This document shows positions 1 through 15,559 of a DNA stretch of 64,000 nt, one piece after another. Every line of letters starts with the position of its first letter. The first letter of the stretch is position 1. The notes under the pieces are model-generated. The model was not told the origin of the DNA. It worked only from the letters and a program-made list of their open reading frames with translations, and did not search any database. The DNA is from Eledone cirrhosa (Eukaryota). The stretch is from positions 116,126,001-116,190,000 of the forward strand of contig OZ024741.1 in assembly GCA_964016885.1 (NCBI GenBank), in the 5' to 3' direction. The position numbers and the translations under genes were made by a program.

Positions 1-2452
1 TTGATTCCTCTTATGCTCAGTCTCTCTCTCAATTCATTTATGCTTTGCTGTTCATGTATATTACTATTACACATCCATCGGAGCATGCAGGCTTCGTTTC
101 TTTCTAATCTATGCAAGTCTTCCACTTGAGCGCCCAGGTCTCACTACCATGTAACATTGCTGTTCGTATACATGCATCATACAGTCTGCCTTTCATTTTG
201 AGGGAAAAGCCTTTGCAGCTAGCAGTGGCAGAAGCTCCCTGAACTTCTTCCATCCCGTTCTTACCCTAGTTATTGTACTTTCTGAACACCCACCTCCGCT
301 GCTAATTCGGTCACCTAGGTAGCAGAAGCTGTCTACTGTTTCTACAGAGCCCTCCCAGAGATTGGTGGTACTTGTTTCGTGTGGCTGTTTGCTGCTTGCT
401 GTCCCAGCACAGCTGCTGCATGTGAAGCCTACATTCTTAATTAAGCTTCCTGAGATCCCGCTACATCTCTTGTGTACCCATTGTTTGCATTTGGGGCAGA
501 GAATGGAGTTCCTACCTACACCTTCCCTACATACTGAGCAAGGCCATTTCCCTGAGGGGATCTGGGTTCTGTTTTCTCGTCTACTTACAAGGACCTTAGT
601 CTTTGTCATGTTGACTTTGAGACCCTTTCTTTCTAGTCCCTGCTTCCAGGTTTGGAATTTCTTCTCTAGTTCTACCATAGATTCAGCTATAAGTGCGAGG
701 TCATCAGCATATAGGAGTTCCCATGGGCATCCGGTCTTAAACTCCTCCGTTATTGCCTGCAGGACTATGATGAACAGGAGAGGGCTAAGAACAGAGCCCT
801 GGTGGACACCAACCTGTACGCTAAATTCCTCGCTAATCCTAACTTTGCTGACTGCTCCCCTATACATGTCTTGTACAGCTTTCACAAGCCATTCATCTAC
901 TCCTAGTTTTCTAAGAGCCCACCAGATTACAGCACGTGGAACTCTGTCAAAGGTTTTATCGAGATCGACAAATGCCAAGTAGAGTGGCTTACTTTTAGCT
1001 AGGTACTTTTCCTGTAACTGCCTCACAAGGAAGAGGGCATCAGTGGTGCCTCTTCCTGGTACAAACCCAAATTGCATCTCATCTAGTTTCACCTGGTCCC
1101 TAATCAACTGTGCTATAACTCTTTCTGTTACTTTCATGACCTGGTCCATCAGCTTTATACCTCTATAGTTTCCTCTATCTAGTGCATCACCTTTACCTTT
1201 GTAGCAGTTGACAATGATGCTACTGCACCAATCTTTTGGTATGACACCTTCTAGTATTACCTGGTTAACAATACGTGTGGTTATAGTGTGACCTACAGAC
1301 CCAGATGCCTTCAGCATCTTGGCAGCTATACCCGATGGACCGGTTGCCTTCCCCATCTTCATATCTTTGATTGCTTTACTTACTACGCTGCTGCTGACTT
1401 GTACTGCTGGCCCCTCTATAGGGTCTACTTGGGGTAGGGTCTCTTCTTCCCATGCATTCTCCTCATTTAGTAATCTATCATAATGGCTCTGCCATGCATC
1501 TTTCTTCTCAGCACTTGTGAGGGCAAGCTCACCTTTATCATTCCGGATACACTTCTCTCCAATGACATCACAATTCTCTCTGACACACTGCCTCGCAATC
1601 TTGAACACCTCCTGTTTCTGGTCCTCACGTTGCAAAACATGCTTGAATTTTCTATCCTCTGCTTCCCTCCTAGCTAAGTATACTTGTCGCCTAGCTTCCC
1701 TCTTGGTCTCTATGTAATGTACCCTGCTCCCTCCCATTCTTCCATTCCTTCCTTGCCTGTCTCTTGGCCTTAACTGCCTCATCTACCTTATTGTTCCACC
1801 ACCAAGTCACTCTCCTCCTGCTTGTGGTCTTACTCCAGCCACAGACCTCATCCATCGCCTCTAGTAAGTTATTTTTCAGGAACTCCCAGTGATCTTCTAC
1901 ATTGAATGTCTTTATCTGTTCTTCTTTACTGTCGTAGGCATTGAGTAAAATATCTTTAAATCTGTTACTGGCTGAGGGGTCTTTCAGCTTCCAGATCTTT
2001 CTTCTCCAGGTTGGCCTAGTTCTGACCGTGAAGTCGCTGACAACTAAGCTATGTTGGGAGGTACATTCCTCACTAGGGTAGGCTTTTGTGTTTACGACCG
2101 TCCATCTGTCACGTCCTCTGATGAGGATGAAATCTATCTGACTAGAATGCTCCCCTGATCTATAGGTGACCAGGTGGTTGTCGGGTTTTTTGAAGTTTGT
2201 GTTACATATCAACAGGTCATTGGCGTCGCAGAATTCTAGAAGTCTGAATCCTTCTTCATTTCTTGTGCCAACCCCGTGGCCTCCATGGACTCTATTGAAG
2301 CCGTCACAGTGTTTACCTACGTGTCCGTTAAAATCTCCTGCGATGATTAGGAAGTCATTGTCGTTTGTTAGAGCAGTAGTGTGCATTAGGGATTCGTAAA
2401 ACCTATCCTTAAGTTCGTCTGGCAACCCTGATTGGGGTGCGTAAGCATGAAT
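1..2452 (-). mobile_element. RTE-clade LINE, 5'-truncated and frameshifted, running off the window start
   Basis: ORF 1691..2470 has APE motifs (AYAPQ, GDFNGHVG, SQIDF, SQH). ORF 193..1782 has RT motifs (QFGF, FVDLDK, GVHQGSVLSP, YADD). Confidence 0.95.
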
Positions 2453-3350
2453 ATAATGGGTTTTCTCCAAAAGTTCTTTGGAGTAATGTTACTCAATGTA
2501 GATCAAAGAATCGTTCCAGGTAGAGCTGCTACTTCTCCAAATTGAGAGATTACAGTTCTGTTATGACAGGCATGTGGTTAGAATGTCTCAGGAAAAAAAA
2601 TGACTCGATAGATTTTATGGGCAAAACCAACAGGCAAGAAACAGAAGACTCTCTCTACACCTTAAGTGTAATTAAATAAAAATGCAAATGTTTTGACACT
2701 TGTGCTGTTTGGAAGACCTAACTAAGAATAAATTGCAGCAATAATAGACTAAGAATTTTCCCAATTCACTGGAGCTGGAGCAGCCATCGATATCTAAATA
2801 TTTAGATGATTAGATTCAGTGGAAAATAGAGTAAAATAATTTTTTTCACTAAGAAGTTGGTTTCCCCTAACATTTCATAAATAGAAAATAAAATATGAAA
2901 TTTGATAAAGTCTGATTATAGAATCAATTTTTTGACATTTGAGGATTCATCAATGGGAGATGTTTGTATGTAATTGATTATTAGTTTCCAAATTATAATT
3001 ATCATTGTAAATAATGTATCTGTATGGTTATATATGTGGTGCTCTGTTAACAAACGTCTTCTCATCAGGCACATAGCTTAATGGTTAGAGAATTGGATTC
3101 GCAATATTGAGGTTGCAAGTTTGATTCCTGGACCATCCGATGCATTATGTTTTTGAGCAAGACACTTTATTTTATGTTGTTCCTTCTGCCAGGAGTTGTG
3201 ACTTGTAGATAGTATCAACAATGGAAAGACCAATGGAGATTTTCTTTCCTTGGTCCAATTTAATGAGTTCCACCCTACTCAGTAAACAAATGAGGTCTGG
3301 GATGTTGTTGAGTGATTCAATTGATCGATCTTTAGCATTTTGAGACTTAA

Positions 3351-3558
3351 CCCTTTAGCATTTACATTACTCTATATTTACTATTATATTTTCATGGTAA
3401 AGGTTTTACCTCACATAATATCGAATCTATGAGATTTTGATATTGTTTATTTTGAGAACAATACATTAACATCACTATGAGCAACCAGTTACAGCCGGTT
3501 TGAATAGAAAGATGCGAGAGAATTCTGGCCGGATACGGCCTGTTTAAATGGTAAAGGG
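3351..3558. mobile_element. piggyBac-type MITE; related copies at about 27611-27803 and 29907-30110
   Basis: TTAA|CCCTTTAGCATTTA ... TAAATGGTAAAGGG|TTAA: terminal inverted repeats with a TTAA target duplication. Confidence 0.7.
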
Positions 3559-4369
3559 TTAATAGTTTATCAACTCAATCACTGCCCCAGTGATGTGGCC
3601 TTGGGCAGAGTGGGAAAGGATTCTCTGGTGTGTGTTGGAGTTCATATGCATGCTGCTTTGTCAAGCCAGCAAAGGATGACGAGGAAGACGTGATGGAATA
3701 GCCATTCAAACTTGCTAGGTTCACTCCTGCAGGTAGCTAACTCAGCCTCAATATGGTGATTAGCTTGTTGACTTTAGGGTTGGGTGGAAAATTGAGTTCC
3801 TCAGAGTATTAGCTTAGCAAGCTATCTCATCTAGATCAAAGATTCAGTTAACCAATCCTAAATTTACTAGATAAACTACAACACTGACCATTTAAATAGT
3901 AATTTAATATAGTTTCACCATTATTTGTTTTCACCAAGAATGCTGACAGAAATGATTTTAATTCACTTGAAAAATTTGAAGATTTGAATGACTGTTATTG
4001 TATAAAACTGCCAACTTTTTTTTTATTTTATAAAATTTTAAAGAAAAGTAAAACAAATCGCAAGCAGGGTAAAAAGTAAAAAAATATTTTTAAAATGTTT
4101 GGAAGGAATAAAAATTATATAATAAATAGATTTAATATTAGTTGGAGATTAAAGTGAAAAACTGAAAAAATACGTAATTGAAAACATAACTGTTAAAGAG
4201 ACAAAAAAATGAGATTTAATTTTGACAAAAATGTATAAAATCAGAGTGTGTGTGTGTGTACCTCTGCACGCGCTAAAGCGACCATATTGTTTTGCCTGAC
4301 TTCACAGCCAAAAAAAAAAGAGTGATTGGAATTGTTTGATGGTACTGAATTAAAAGATAATTGCTTCTA

Positions 4370-4532
4370 CGTTTGGCACAAGGTCAGCAATTACCCAGTA
4401 CATCACTGGTACTTTATTTTATCGACCCCGTAAGGATGAAAGGCAAAGTTGACCTTGGTGAGATTTGAACTCAGATTGTAAAGGGACGTAACTAAGCTGG
4501 AAAGCATGTCCGACCCTCTACCGATACTGCCA
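4370..4532 (-). mobile_element. tRNA-derived SINE with a Deu/Nin-like core
   Basis: Minus strand has A box TGGCAGTATCGG, B box GAGTTCAAATC and core GCCTTTCATCCTTACGGGGTCGATAAAATAAAGTACC. Same family as 18669-18853, with many other degenerate copies in the window. Confidence 0.8.
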
Positions 4533-4615
4533 TAATGATTTTCAATAATGGGAGATAAATACAATACACACACATATTTATATTTGAAAGTGTAAGGAGC
4601 CCTGTTATATATATA

Positions 4616-4693
4616 CAGGGTGTCCCAAAAAAATGTATACAAGTTTCAACAATATTCTAATAAATATGTGTATACATTTTGGGGGGAACCCTG
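4616..4693. mobile_element. 78-bp Tc1/mariner-type MITE
   Basis: TA|CAGGGTGTCCCAAAAAAATGTATAC ... GTATACATTTTGGGGGGAACCCTG|TA. Confidence 0.7.
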
Positions 4694-4811
4694 TATATAT
4701 GTGTGTGTGTGTGTGTGTGTATATATATAACGGCACCATCATCCTCATTATTTTACAGCATGGAAAAATGGATTTAAATGATAATGATGATTACTCTACA
4801 TATATATATAT

Positions 4812-7238
4812 ATCATCATCATCATCATCATCACCGTTTTACGTCCGTTCTTCCACGCTAGCATGGGTTAGACGGGTTGTCCTGTTGTGGGCAGTGTCTG
4901 GTCGGCTGACCATGCCTTGCTCATACAGGAACTGATCTGGCTTGATTTCTACAGCTGGATGCCCTTCCTAACACCAACCTCATTTACAGTGAGTGCTGGG
5001 TGCTTTTTCGTGGCGCCTACACGTCCACTTTACAGTGTGGGCTGGGTGCTTTTTTGCCGTGGCACCTCCACGACCACCTTGCGGTGGGGGGGGGGGCATA
5101 TTGTTTATATGCTTCAGCATGTACCCATGGGAGGTCGGGTACCCTGTATTACTGCGTGACGCCAGAAGTCACGGTCGTGTGTCATTGACTTTGAGAGGTG
5201 TAGTTGGGTAAGGTCGGCTTTTATCACCTCATCCCAAGTCATCTTGGGTCTCCCCACTCCGCGGTTTCCATCAACTTCTAGTGCTCTGCACCTTTTTATG
5301 CAGCTGTCATCCTTCATACGCATCACATGTCCATACCAGCGTAACCGCCTCTCCTGCACGCAGCATTTGATTCCTCTTATGCTCAGTCTCTCTCTCAATT
5401 CATTTATGCTTTGTCGTTCACGTATATTACTGTTACACATCCATCGGAGCATGCAGGCTTCGTTTCTCTCTAATCTACGTAAGTCTTCCACCTTCAGCGC
5501 CCAGGTCTCACTACCATGCAACATCGCTGTTCGGATACACGCATCATACAGTCTGCCTTTCATTCTGAGGGAGAAGCCTTTTGCAGCTAGCAGTGGTAGT
5601 AGTTCCCTAAACTTCTTCCATCCCGTTCTTACCCTAGTTATTGTACTTTCTGAGCACCCACCTCCGTTGCTAATTCGGTCACCTAGGTAGCAGAAGCTGT
5701 CTACTGTTTCTACAGGGCCCTCCCAGAGATTGGTGGTACTTGTTTCCTGTGGCTGTTTGCTTGCTGTTTCAGCACAGCTGCTGCATGTGAATCCTACATT
5801 CTTAATTAAGCTTCCTGAGATCCCGCTACATCTCTTGTGTACCCATTGTTTGCATTTGGGGCAGAGAATGGAGTTCCTACCTACACCTTTCCTACATACT
5901 GAGCAAGGCCATTTCCCTGAGGGGATCTGGGTTCTGTTTTCTCGTCTACTTATAAGGACCTTAGTCTTTGTCATGTTGACTTTGAGGCCCTTTCTCTCTA
6001 GTCCCTGCTTCCAGGTTTGGAATTTATTCTCTAGTTCTACCATAGATTCAGCTATGAGTGCGAGGTCATCAGCATACAGGAGTTCCCATGGGCATCCGGT
6101 CTTAAACTCCTCCGTTATTGCCTGCAGGACTATGATGAACAGGAGAGGGCTAAGAACAGAGCCCTGGTGGACCCCAACCTGTACGCTAAATTCCTCGCTA
6201 TACTCATTGCCAATCCTAACTTTGCTGACTGCTCCCCTATACATGGCTTGTACCGCTTTCACAAGCCATTCATCTACTCCTAGTTTTCTAAGAGCCCACC
6301 AGATTACTGCACGTGGAACTCTGTCAAAGGCTTTCTCAAGGTCGACAAATGCCAAGTAGAGTGGCTTACTTTTAGCTAGGTACTTTTCCTGTAATTGCCT
6401 CACAAGGAAGAGCGCATCAGTGGTGCCTTTCCCTGGAACAAACCCAAATTGCATCTCGTCTATATTCACCCGGTCCCTAATCAGCTGTGCTATAACTCTT
6501 TCTGTTACTTTCATGACCTGGTCCATCAACTTTATACCTCTATAGTTTCCTCTATCTAGTGCATCGCCTTTACCTTTGTAGCAGTTGACAATGATGCTAC
6601 TGCACCAATCTTTTGGTATGGCCCCCTCTAGTATTACCTGGTTAACGATACGTGTGGTTATAGTGTGACCTACAGACCCAGATGCCTTCAGCATCTCGGC
6701 AGCTATACCCGATGGACCGGTTGCCTTCCCTATCTTCATATCTCTGATTGCCTTACTTACTACGCTGCCGCTGACTTGTACTGCTGGTCCCTCTATAGGG
6801 TCTACGTGGGGTAGGGTCTCTTCTTCCCATGCATTCTCCTCATTTAGTAATCTATCATAATGACTCTTCCATGCATCTTTCTTCTCAGCACTTGTGAGGG
6901 CAAGCTCACCTTTATCATTCCGGATACACTTCTCTCCAATGACATCACAACTATCTCTGACACACTGCCTCGCAATCTTGAATACCTCCTGTTTCTGGTC
7001 CTCACGTTGTAAAACATGCTTGAATTTTCTATCCTCTGCTTCCCTCCTAGCTAAGTATACTTGTCGCCTAGCTTCCCTCTTGGTCTCTATGTAATGTACC
7101 CTGCTCCCCCCGTTCTTCCATTCTTTCCATGCCTGTCTCTTGGCCTTGACTGCTTCATCTACCTTATTGTTCCACCACCAAGTCACTCTCCTCCTGCTTG
7201 AGGTCTTACTCCAGCCACAAACCTCATCCGTTGGGCTT
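4812..7238 (-). mobile_element. RTE-clade LINE, 5'-truncated, with an open RT frame (716 aa), about 300-nt 3' region and (ATG)n tail
   Basis: ORF 5114..7264 has RT motifs and a PHD-like Cys cluster. Highly similar to the 1..2452 copy. Ends ...GGACGTAAAACGGTGATGATGATG. Confidence 0.95.
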
Positions 7239-7808
7239 CTGTACAGTTTGTCTGGAAAATTCAATTCACTCTCATAGCATTAATCAGTATGAGACTATAG
7301 AAGACATTTGCCCAAGGTGCCATGCAATAGGATATATAATACATATATATATATATAAAAAATACAAAGGCATAGCACTGAATGCCACATACAAATTATT
7401 AATTTATTAAAATATTATTTATTTAAACTTCAAACAGAGAAGGTAAATAAGAACCTAAATGCAATATGACCATGGGATTTGCACCTAGAATGTTCCCCTC
7501 CGAGGCACAAGCCTGGACAAAGTTATTTATGAAGGACCACCAGTCACCCATACATAACAGTTTCCTCTCTCCACACCACCAATATTGTCCAAGGGAAAGG
7601 CAATGGCTGATACAGCTTGGCACTAGTGACGTTGCAACTCATTTCTACAGCTCAGTAAACTGGAGTAACACAAAATAAGTGTCTTGCTCAAGGACTCAAC
7701 ATATCACCCAGTCCAAGAATCAAGCTCACAATCTCCCGATTGCAAATTCCATGCTCTAACCGCTAAGGCATATGCATTCACATACGTGTGTGTATGTATA
7801 TATATATA

Positions 7809-8345
7809 TAAAATAAAGTTAAATAAAAGTCAAATGATTAAAATTTAGCTTCGTTTATTACTGCTATATATATTTCAGTGACAGCCATCTTTGGCTGTGA
7901 CCTCTTCAGGCAGTTTGAATTAGTATGGTATAGACAAGTACATATGTTGTTTAGGTGTATAATATTGCCAATACTCTGATATGCCCAGTTCCTTGTTGGG
8001 TTGTTAATTCACTGAGTAACTGGAGTCATATGACTCCAGTTACTCAGTGAATTAACAACCCAACAAGGAACTGGGCATATCAGAGTATTGGCAATATTAT
8101 ACACCTAAACAACATATGTACTTGTCTATACCATACTAATTCAAACTGCCTGAAGAGGTCACAGCCAAAGATGGCTGTCACTGAAATATATATAGCAGTA
8201 ATAAACGAAGCTAAATTTTAATCATTTGACTTTTATTTAACTTTATTTTACACTACTCCGGAGTAACCAAACCAACCTGCGCACTTCGTCGAGTGCTCCA
8301 GCCTGCATACTGAGGTGTTGGTATACAACCAACATAAACTCAAAA

Positions 8346-8347
<2 letters not shown>
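7809..8347. mobile_element. Non-coding PLE-type element (family A): 442-bp perfect palindrome (7809-8250) plus about 97-bp unique end, between (TA)n tracts
   Basis: 221-bp arms around centre GAGTCAT|ATGACTC (8029/8030). Carries a hammerhead motif. Second copy at 53022-53565. Confidence 0.85.
8145..8199 (+). ncRNA. Minimal type I hammerhead ribozyme motif, family A (mirror copy on minus strand, 7860-7914)
   Basis: ACTGC-CTGAAGA-GGTCACAGCC AAAGAT GGCTGTCACT-GAAA-TATATA-TA-GCAGT: stem I ACTGC/GCAGT, intact core, palindromic stem III, AATAAA immediately downstream. Confidence 0.75.
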
Positions 8348-8405
<58 letters not shown>

Positions 8406-8408
<3 letters not shown>

Positions 8409-8776
8409 TGTACCACCGGCATCTGCATTCCCGACATTTGTGGTCCCGGTTATTCACAGAATTTTCCTTAGAACCTATCAATTGTTTGTGAAAACCACCA
8501 CATATTCACGGATTCGTAAATATCTACCATGATTTTTTAATGGCCTTTTCTGTGGCAATATATATTTTTTAAAGCTAAATTATTAATAACAATATACTGT
8601 ATTTGCCTGCCTATTAGGCGCCCTTCACATAAGACGCTTCCTCTTTTTTTTATTATAGTTTACATTATATTTTGATGTTTATAGGCATTTTTATGGACCA
8701 CATCCAATATTCGCGGCTTTTCACTCTGCGTGGGTGCTACAGGAACATAACCCCCGCGAATACCGGGGGACAAGTG
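8406..8776. mobile_element. Degenerate Tigger/pogo-like MITE inserted in (TA)n
   Basis: Imperfect TIRs CAGTGTACCACCGGCATCTGC / GCGAATACCGGGGGACAAGTG, flanked by TA. Confidence 0.5.
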
Positions 8777-8809
<33 letters not shown>

Positions 8810-8885
8810 ATATATATATTGAGGAGATACGAGTGTCAATTTTTTTGTCTTTGTCTTTGTCCTGTGTGTCCCATATTTTGAATAT

Positions 8886-8920
<35 letters not shown>

Positions 8921-8923
<3 letters not shown>

Positions 8924-10099
8924 GTGGAACACTGCAAGGTAATATCTGTAGTGGTAGAGCACTCAGTCCAAGGGACGAGTTAGGTAGAAGTGGTTACACA
9001 ACAGTTAGTCACCATACCGAGAACAATTGTTTCACCTTAGCAGATCCTCAGCTCGGAATGGGCATGGTTATAGGAACAGGAAGGACAGCCATATGAACGC
9101 GCATGCGCAGAAACCCGGTCACTTCACGCAGGCAATACTAGACTGCGTGCGAGAGGTGTAAGGGAGATAACTGCGAAAGTCCGAAAAGTTTTTAGGTTGA
9201 AAATAAAATTACAAAGAATCAGTCCGGAGCCTTGTAGTTATGCAACGTTAAAACCAATGTAGGAAAAGAAATTCTAGCCCTCTTAGATAGACACTTTCCC
9301 ATAGGTCATAAATACCGCTCCATCTTTAACCAACACAAAATTAAACTATGATACTCCGGCGCTAAGAACATGATGGCCCACATCACCAGCAGCTCTAGGA
9401 GCAACAACCCACCAGGGTGCTCTTGCCGTAAGCCTGAAGCTTGCCCCCTTCAACAGCAATGCAACACACCAGCTGACATTTATGAAGCTGTGGTCACTTC
9501 CCACCGACCAAACGAACCACAGGAGGTCAAATCCTATGTGGGCATGGCGGAGGGCCGATTTAAGGAACGTTTCCTGAACCACCAATCTACCTTCAGGTAC
9601 TCAGACAGACGTTCATCCACGAAACTCGCGAGCCACATATGGTCCCTCAAGGACTCAAGTATAGACTACTCAATTCAATGGAAAGCTATCACTAAGTCCA
9701 AGTCATACGCAAGGGGAAATCCGACGTGTGGCTTATGTATCAATGAACGAATAACTATTCTAAAGTGATTACACAATAGTGATTGCCTAAACACGAGAAA
9801 TGAATTTTTCACACCTTGTCCACACGTCGCCAAACACCTATTGCATAACTACAAGGCTCTGGACTGATTCTTTGTAATTTTATTTTCAACCTAAAAACTT
9901 TTCGGACTTTCGCAGTTATCTCCCTTACACCTCTCGCACGCAGTCTAGTATTGCCTGTGTGAAGTGACCGAGTTTCTGCGCATGCGCGTTCATGCGGCTG
10001 TCCTTCCTGTTCCTATAACCATGCCCATTCCGAGTTGAGGATCCGCTAAGGTGAAACAATTGTTCTCGGTATGGTGAACTAACTGCTGTGTAACCACTT
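8921..10099 (+). mobile_element. 5'-truncated Penelope-like element (GIY-YIG C-terminus, with stops) with an inverted pseudo-LTR at its 5' side
   Basis: ORF 9370..9768: CSCRKPEACPLQQQC...DIYEAVV...SYVGMAEGRFKERFLNH...CGLCINE. 8988-9245 is the reverse complement of 9841-10099. Flanked by (TA)n. Confidence 0.9.
9017..9056 (-). ncRNA. Type I hammerhead motif, family B (the plus copy at 10030-10069 has a C3U change)
   Basis: Minus strand: CCGAG-CTGAGGA-TCTGCTAAGGT-GAAA-CAATTG-TT-CTCGG, with palindromic stem III CAATTG. Confidence 0.65.
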
Positions 10100-10319
10100 A
10101 TATATATATATATATATAATAGAAAAAAATAAGGAAGTTTCGTGTTTACATATAAAAGATATTTATTGTGTATCGACTTGTTATATATATATATATATGA
10201 ATGTGTATGAGACAGTTATTTAAAATAAGAATAATAATCAAATAATTAAAAGAAAATGAACATGAAATGAATATCTGAAAAACAGAATTAAAATCAAATA
10301 TAAACTCAATGATCTATGT

Positions 10320-10431
10320 TTATGTGTCAACACAGCCTAGTGGGTGGGTAAAACAACAGAATTTGGATGCAAGAGAAAGTAGTTTAATCCCAGTTAATGA
10401 CTTCAATTTCCTTAAGTCCAGCTGTTCTTGC
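10320..10431 (-). CDS. Possible further or terminal exon (QEQLDLRKLKSLTGIK...VDT*)
   Basis: Acceptor-like ttttatgaaatttcag and an open phase-0 frame. No recognisable domain and no clear donor. Confidence 0.25.
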
Positions 10432-10555
10432 TGAAATTTCATAAAAACAAGAAAACAGAAAGAAAATAGACACCTGAGAAATGTAAGCTTTAATGATTCA
10501 GCACAGCCAACCAAATATTCACTATGTGGCAGGTCTTTGAGAAATTGTAAGAGTA

Positions 10556-10770
10556 TTGCTGAGAGATGTATGTATGTTTTGTGGACCTCAAAAAGGCATA
10601 TGACCGTGTGCCACAGGATTTATTGTGAGTAGTTCTGCAGGAATATGGGATCTACAGACAGCTTCTTGTTACCTTGAAGTCCTTGTGTAAATGCCTAAGT
10701 ATTTGTGTTCAAATAAATGGTGCTAATTGAAACAATTCAATGTGGGTGTCAGACCCCAACAGGAGTGAAA
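10556..10770 (+). mobile_element. Highly degenerate non-LTR RT fragment
   Basis: Translates FVDLKKAYDRVP at about 10578-10613, followed by stops. Confidence 0.6.
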
Positions 10771-10998
10771 GATGGGAAATAGAGGTAAATATTTAATTAT
10801 TTATTCTTCAAGGGATCAGTCAAGGTATGATGCTGTCAGTTTCTTTTGGACTCCATCAACAGACTAGACTATCAATCAGGTGCAGCCTATAGAGCTCAAT
10901 ATCATTGGACAGCCATGACTGCAACAGAGAGTGTGTGTGTATGTGTGTGTAAGTGTGAGAATGTAAGTCAGTGTATGCATGTTAGAGCAAGTATATGA

Positions 10999-11060
<62 letters not shown>

Positions 11061-11397
11061 CTAATGGTTATATGAAATCAGACTCCATGTAGTGAGCTTC
11101 AATAATTTAAACAGGTGACACAAGTTCATTGCCCACTGGATATTTATTGTTTGAATTCCCTTTCATATAACCACTACATTTATATGACATATTACTGTAA
11201 CACACACTATGGGACCTGATTTTTCTTCCTTTGGTGACAGTGGCTATGGTGGTGCTGGTAAAGGTGGCAATGATAGCAGCAGCAGTAATAGTAGAAGTAA
11301 CAAAAACTGCTTATGTGTCCACAAAGGTAATGAATAAGGAACATTACAAAAACGAAAGACAAAACAGTTGGGAGAGGAGAGGATTATAATAACATTA

Positions 11398-11449
<52 letters not shown>

Positions 11450-11774
11450 TTCAAAAAAGAGCTGTAAAAAAGGAATTGAAATAAATCAACAGAGAAAAGT
11501 GTGCCAAAACCAGAAAAAAGATGATCATACCACAATGTCTTTGTTAATAAAGAAGAAAAACAAGAAAAATATGTTTTACAAGAATAAACAAACAAAAAGA
11601 AAAAATGTTCAAAAGGAAAAATGTATTATAATCTTTGTTGTTACCTGCTGTCATATTTATCATTTAGTGAATAAATAAAGAAATATATACATATACAGTC
11701 ACTCACTCACACATACAATTTGTTTTTGTGTATTTAAAAAACAAAATGGAGTAAATTAAACAAAATCAAAGTGG

Positions 11775-13760
<1,986 letters not shown>

Positions 13761-14941
13761 TTACAATAACATGAAATATATAGTGTATCACTATTTAGTT
13801 GTTTAGCAATCAAGAAGTTACATACTATCTGTACTCTTTCAGTTGTTAACTCTTAACATCCTGTAGTGATTTAGCAGGAAATATGTAGAAATATGTTTAT
13901 TAAATATGATTTTTAGGGCAGTGGATTGGAGGTATTGGTAGAGGGTCAGAAAACATGCTTTGCAGCATATAATTACACCACTTTAAGTTCTGAGTTCAAA
14001 TCCTGCCATGGTTAGCTTTGCCTTTCATACTTACAGGGTCATTAAAACGCATTGAGGGTCAATGTAATCAATTTTTCCCCTCCCCCAAAATGTTTGGCCT
14101 TGTGCAGAAACCATTAAATAAGATAATAAAATGTTGTAGTTTGCATGAAGCCTTGTATATAATATATTATATGGAAAGTGATATATGGCTAAACAATGCA
14201 AAATGGATGGTAAGATGAAGGGAACAAAAAAGTTACCCGGTAATCTTTTTTTTTGTTTTTTGTTGCTGTTGTTTCTTTTGTCCCAATATTTCGGGACTTA
14301 AAATTCCCTTCTTCAGAGTATAAGGAACTTGCAGAGAAAAATGTTCCAGTTTTTTCTTGTTGAAATTAAATTTAGATTAAATAAGATGTTTACTACTGGA
14401 CAGATCATTGTGAGAACTTTCAATGTCAGAGTGAATATTTTAATTTTTAATGCGATGTGGTCATGTTTTGTAGTTTTCAAGAATGCCTTGCTAATGTGAT
14501 TTCATGTGGTTTGTTAATTCAAACGTTTGTGGTGTTTTTACTAGTGAGCAGATCATTGTGAAAAATTGTAGCAAACTAACAAAGACTAATTTTTAAGCTA
14601 GTGCAGTTACGGTGTTGTTTTGTGCTTTTCACAGATGTCTTGCTAATGTGGTTTTATAAAATTTGTTAAATTAAATGTTTATAGTATCTTTACTAGCGAA
14701 AATTTGCAGTATTGGATTGAAGAATTTAAGTTTTGAATACCATGCAGTCATAGTGCTGTTTTGGATTTTTCAAGAATGTCTTGCTAACACAGTTCCAAGT
14801 GGTACAGGATATTAAGAGTTAATATCCTAATTATTTCAATCAAAGCTCTGATTATTTTCTGATGCATAGTTCAAAGATATACACTGAATCTATTTTTATG
14901 ACTGTATAAAATATAAATATATAAAAATATTGTAAACTCAC

Positions 14942-14987
14942 CCTTGATTTCAATTCACAGGCCTGGTTTTTCAGATTTTTACTTTCA
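14942..14987 (-). CDS. Host gene exon: (H)ESKNLKNQACELKSR
   Basis: Acceptor tatttatttacag, donor AGG|gtgagt, 46 nt, phase 2 to 0, compatible with the preceding exon. Confidence 0.7.
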
Positions 14988-15484
14988 CTGTAAATAAATA
15001 ACATAAATACATGCATAAATTAACAGAATATCTGTTGGTGCATCTTGTTTAATACATTTTACACCTCACAGCCATGGCTGTGTGTATGGGACCAGAGACA
15101 TTGTAACTCATTTGTACAGCTGAGTGAACTGGAGCAACATGAAATAAAGTGTCTTGCTCAAGGACACAACACATCACTCGGTCCAAGAATTTAACTCATA
15201 ACCTCACGATTGTCAATCCATCTTTCTAATCACTAAGCCACACACACACCCATTGTGCATTATTGCTTAATAAATGCAGACAATGGATTCTGTGCACTCG
15301 CTTGCTGCATTAAGTGTGGCCGAAACTTTGGTACGGGTATAAATTTATGGTACCCATTTGTGTGTGGTGTATTGAGGCAAATAACTTTGTGTCTACCCTG
15401 GGATTTATACATAACCTTACCTATTGAGTACGCTGAGATGCAACCGGTACTAGCAAGGAAACCTTATGCTAGTCCTGTCAACCT

Positions 15485-15524
<40 letters not shown>

Positions 15525-15559
15525 ACAGAGAGAGAGAGGAGTTAAAAATTAGGTTATAT

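Noticed and set aside
362-982. Antisense ORFs over the LINEs (for example 362..982, 5730..6359, 19799..20347)
   Set aside because: Shadow frames of the RT coding sequence.
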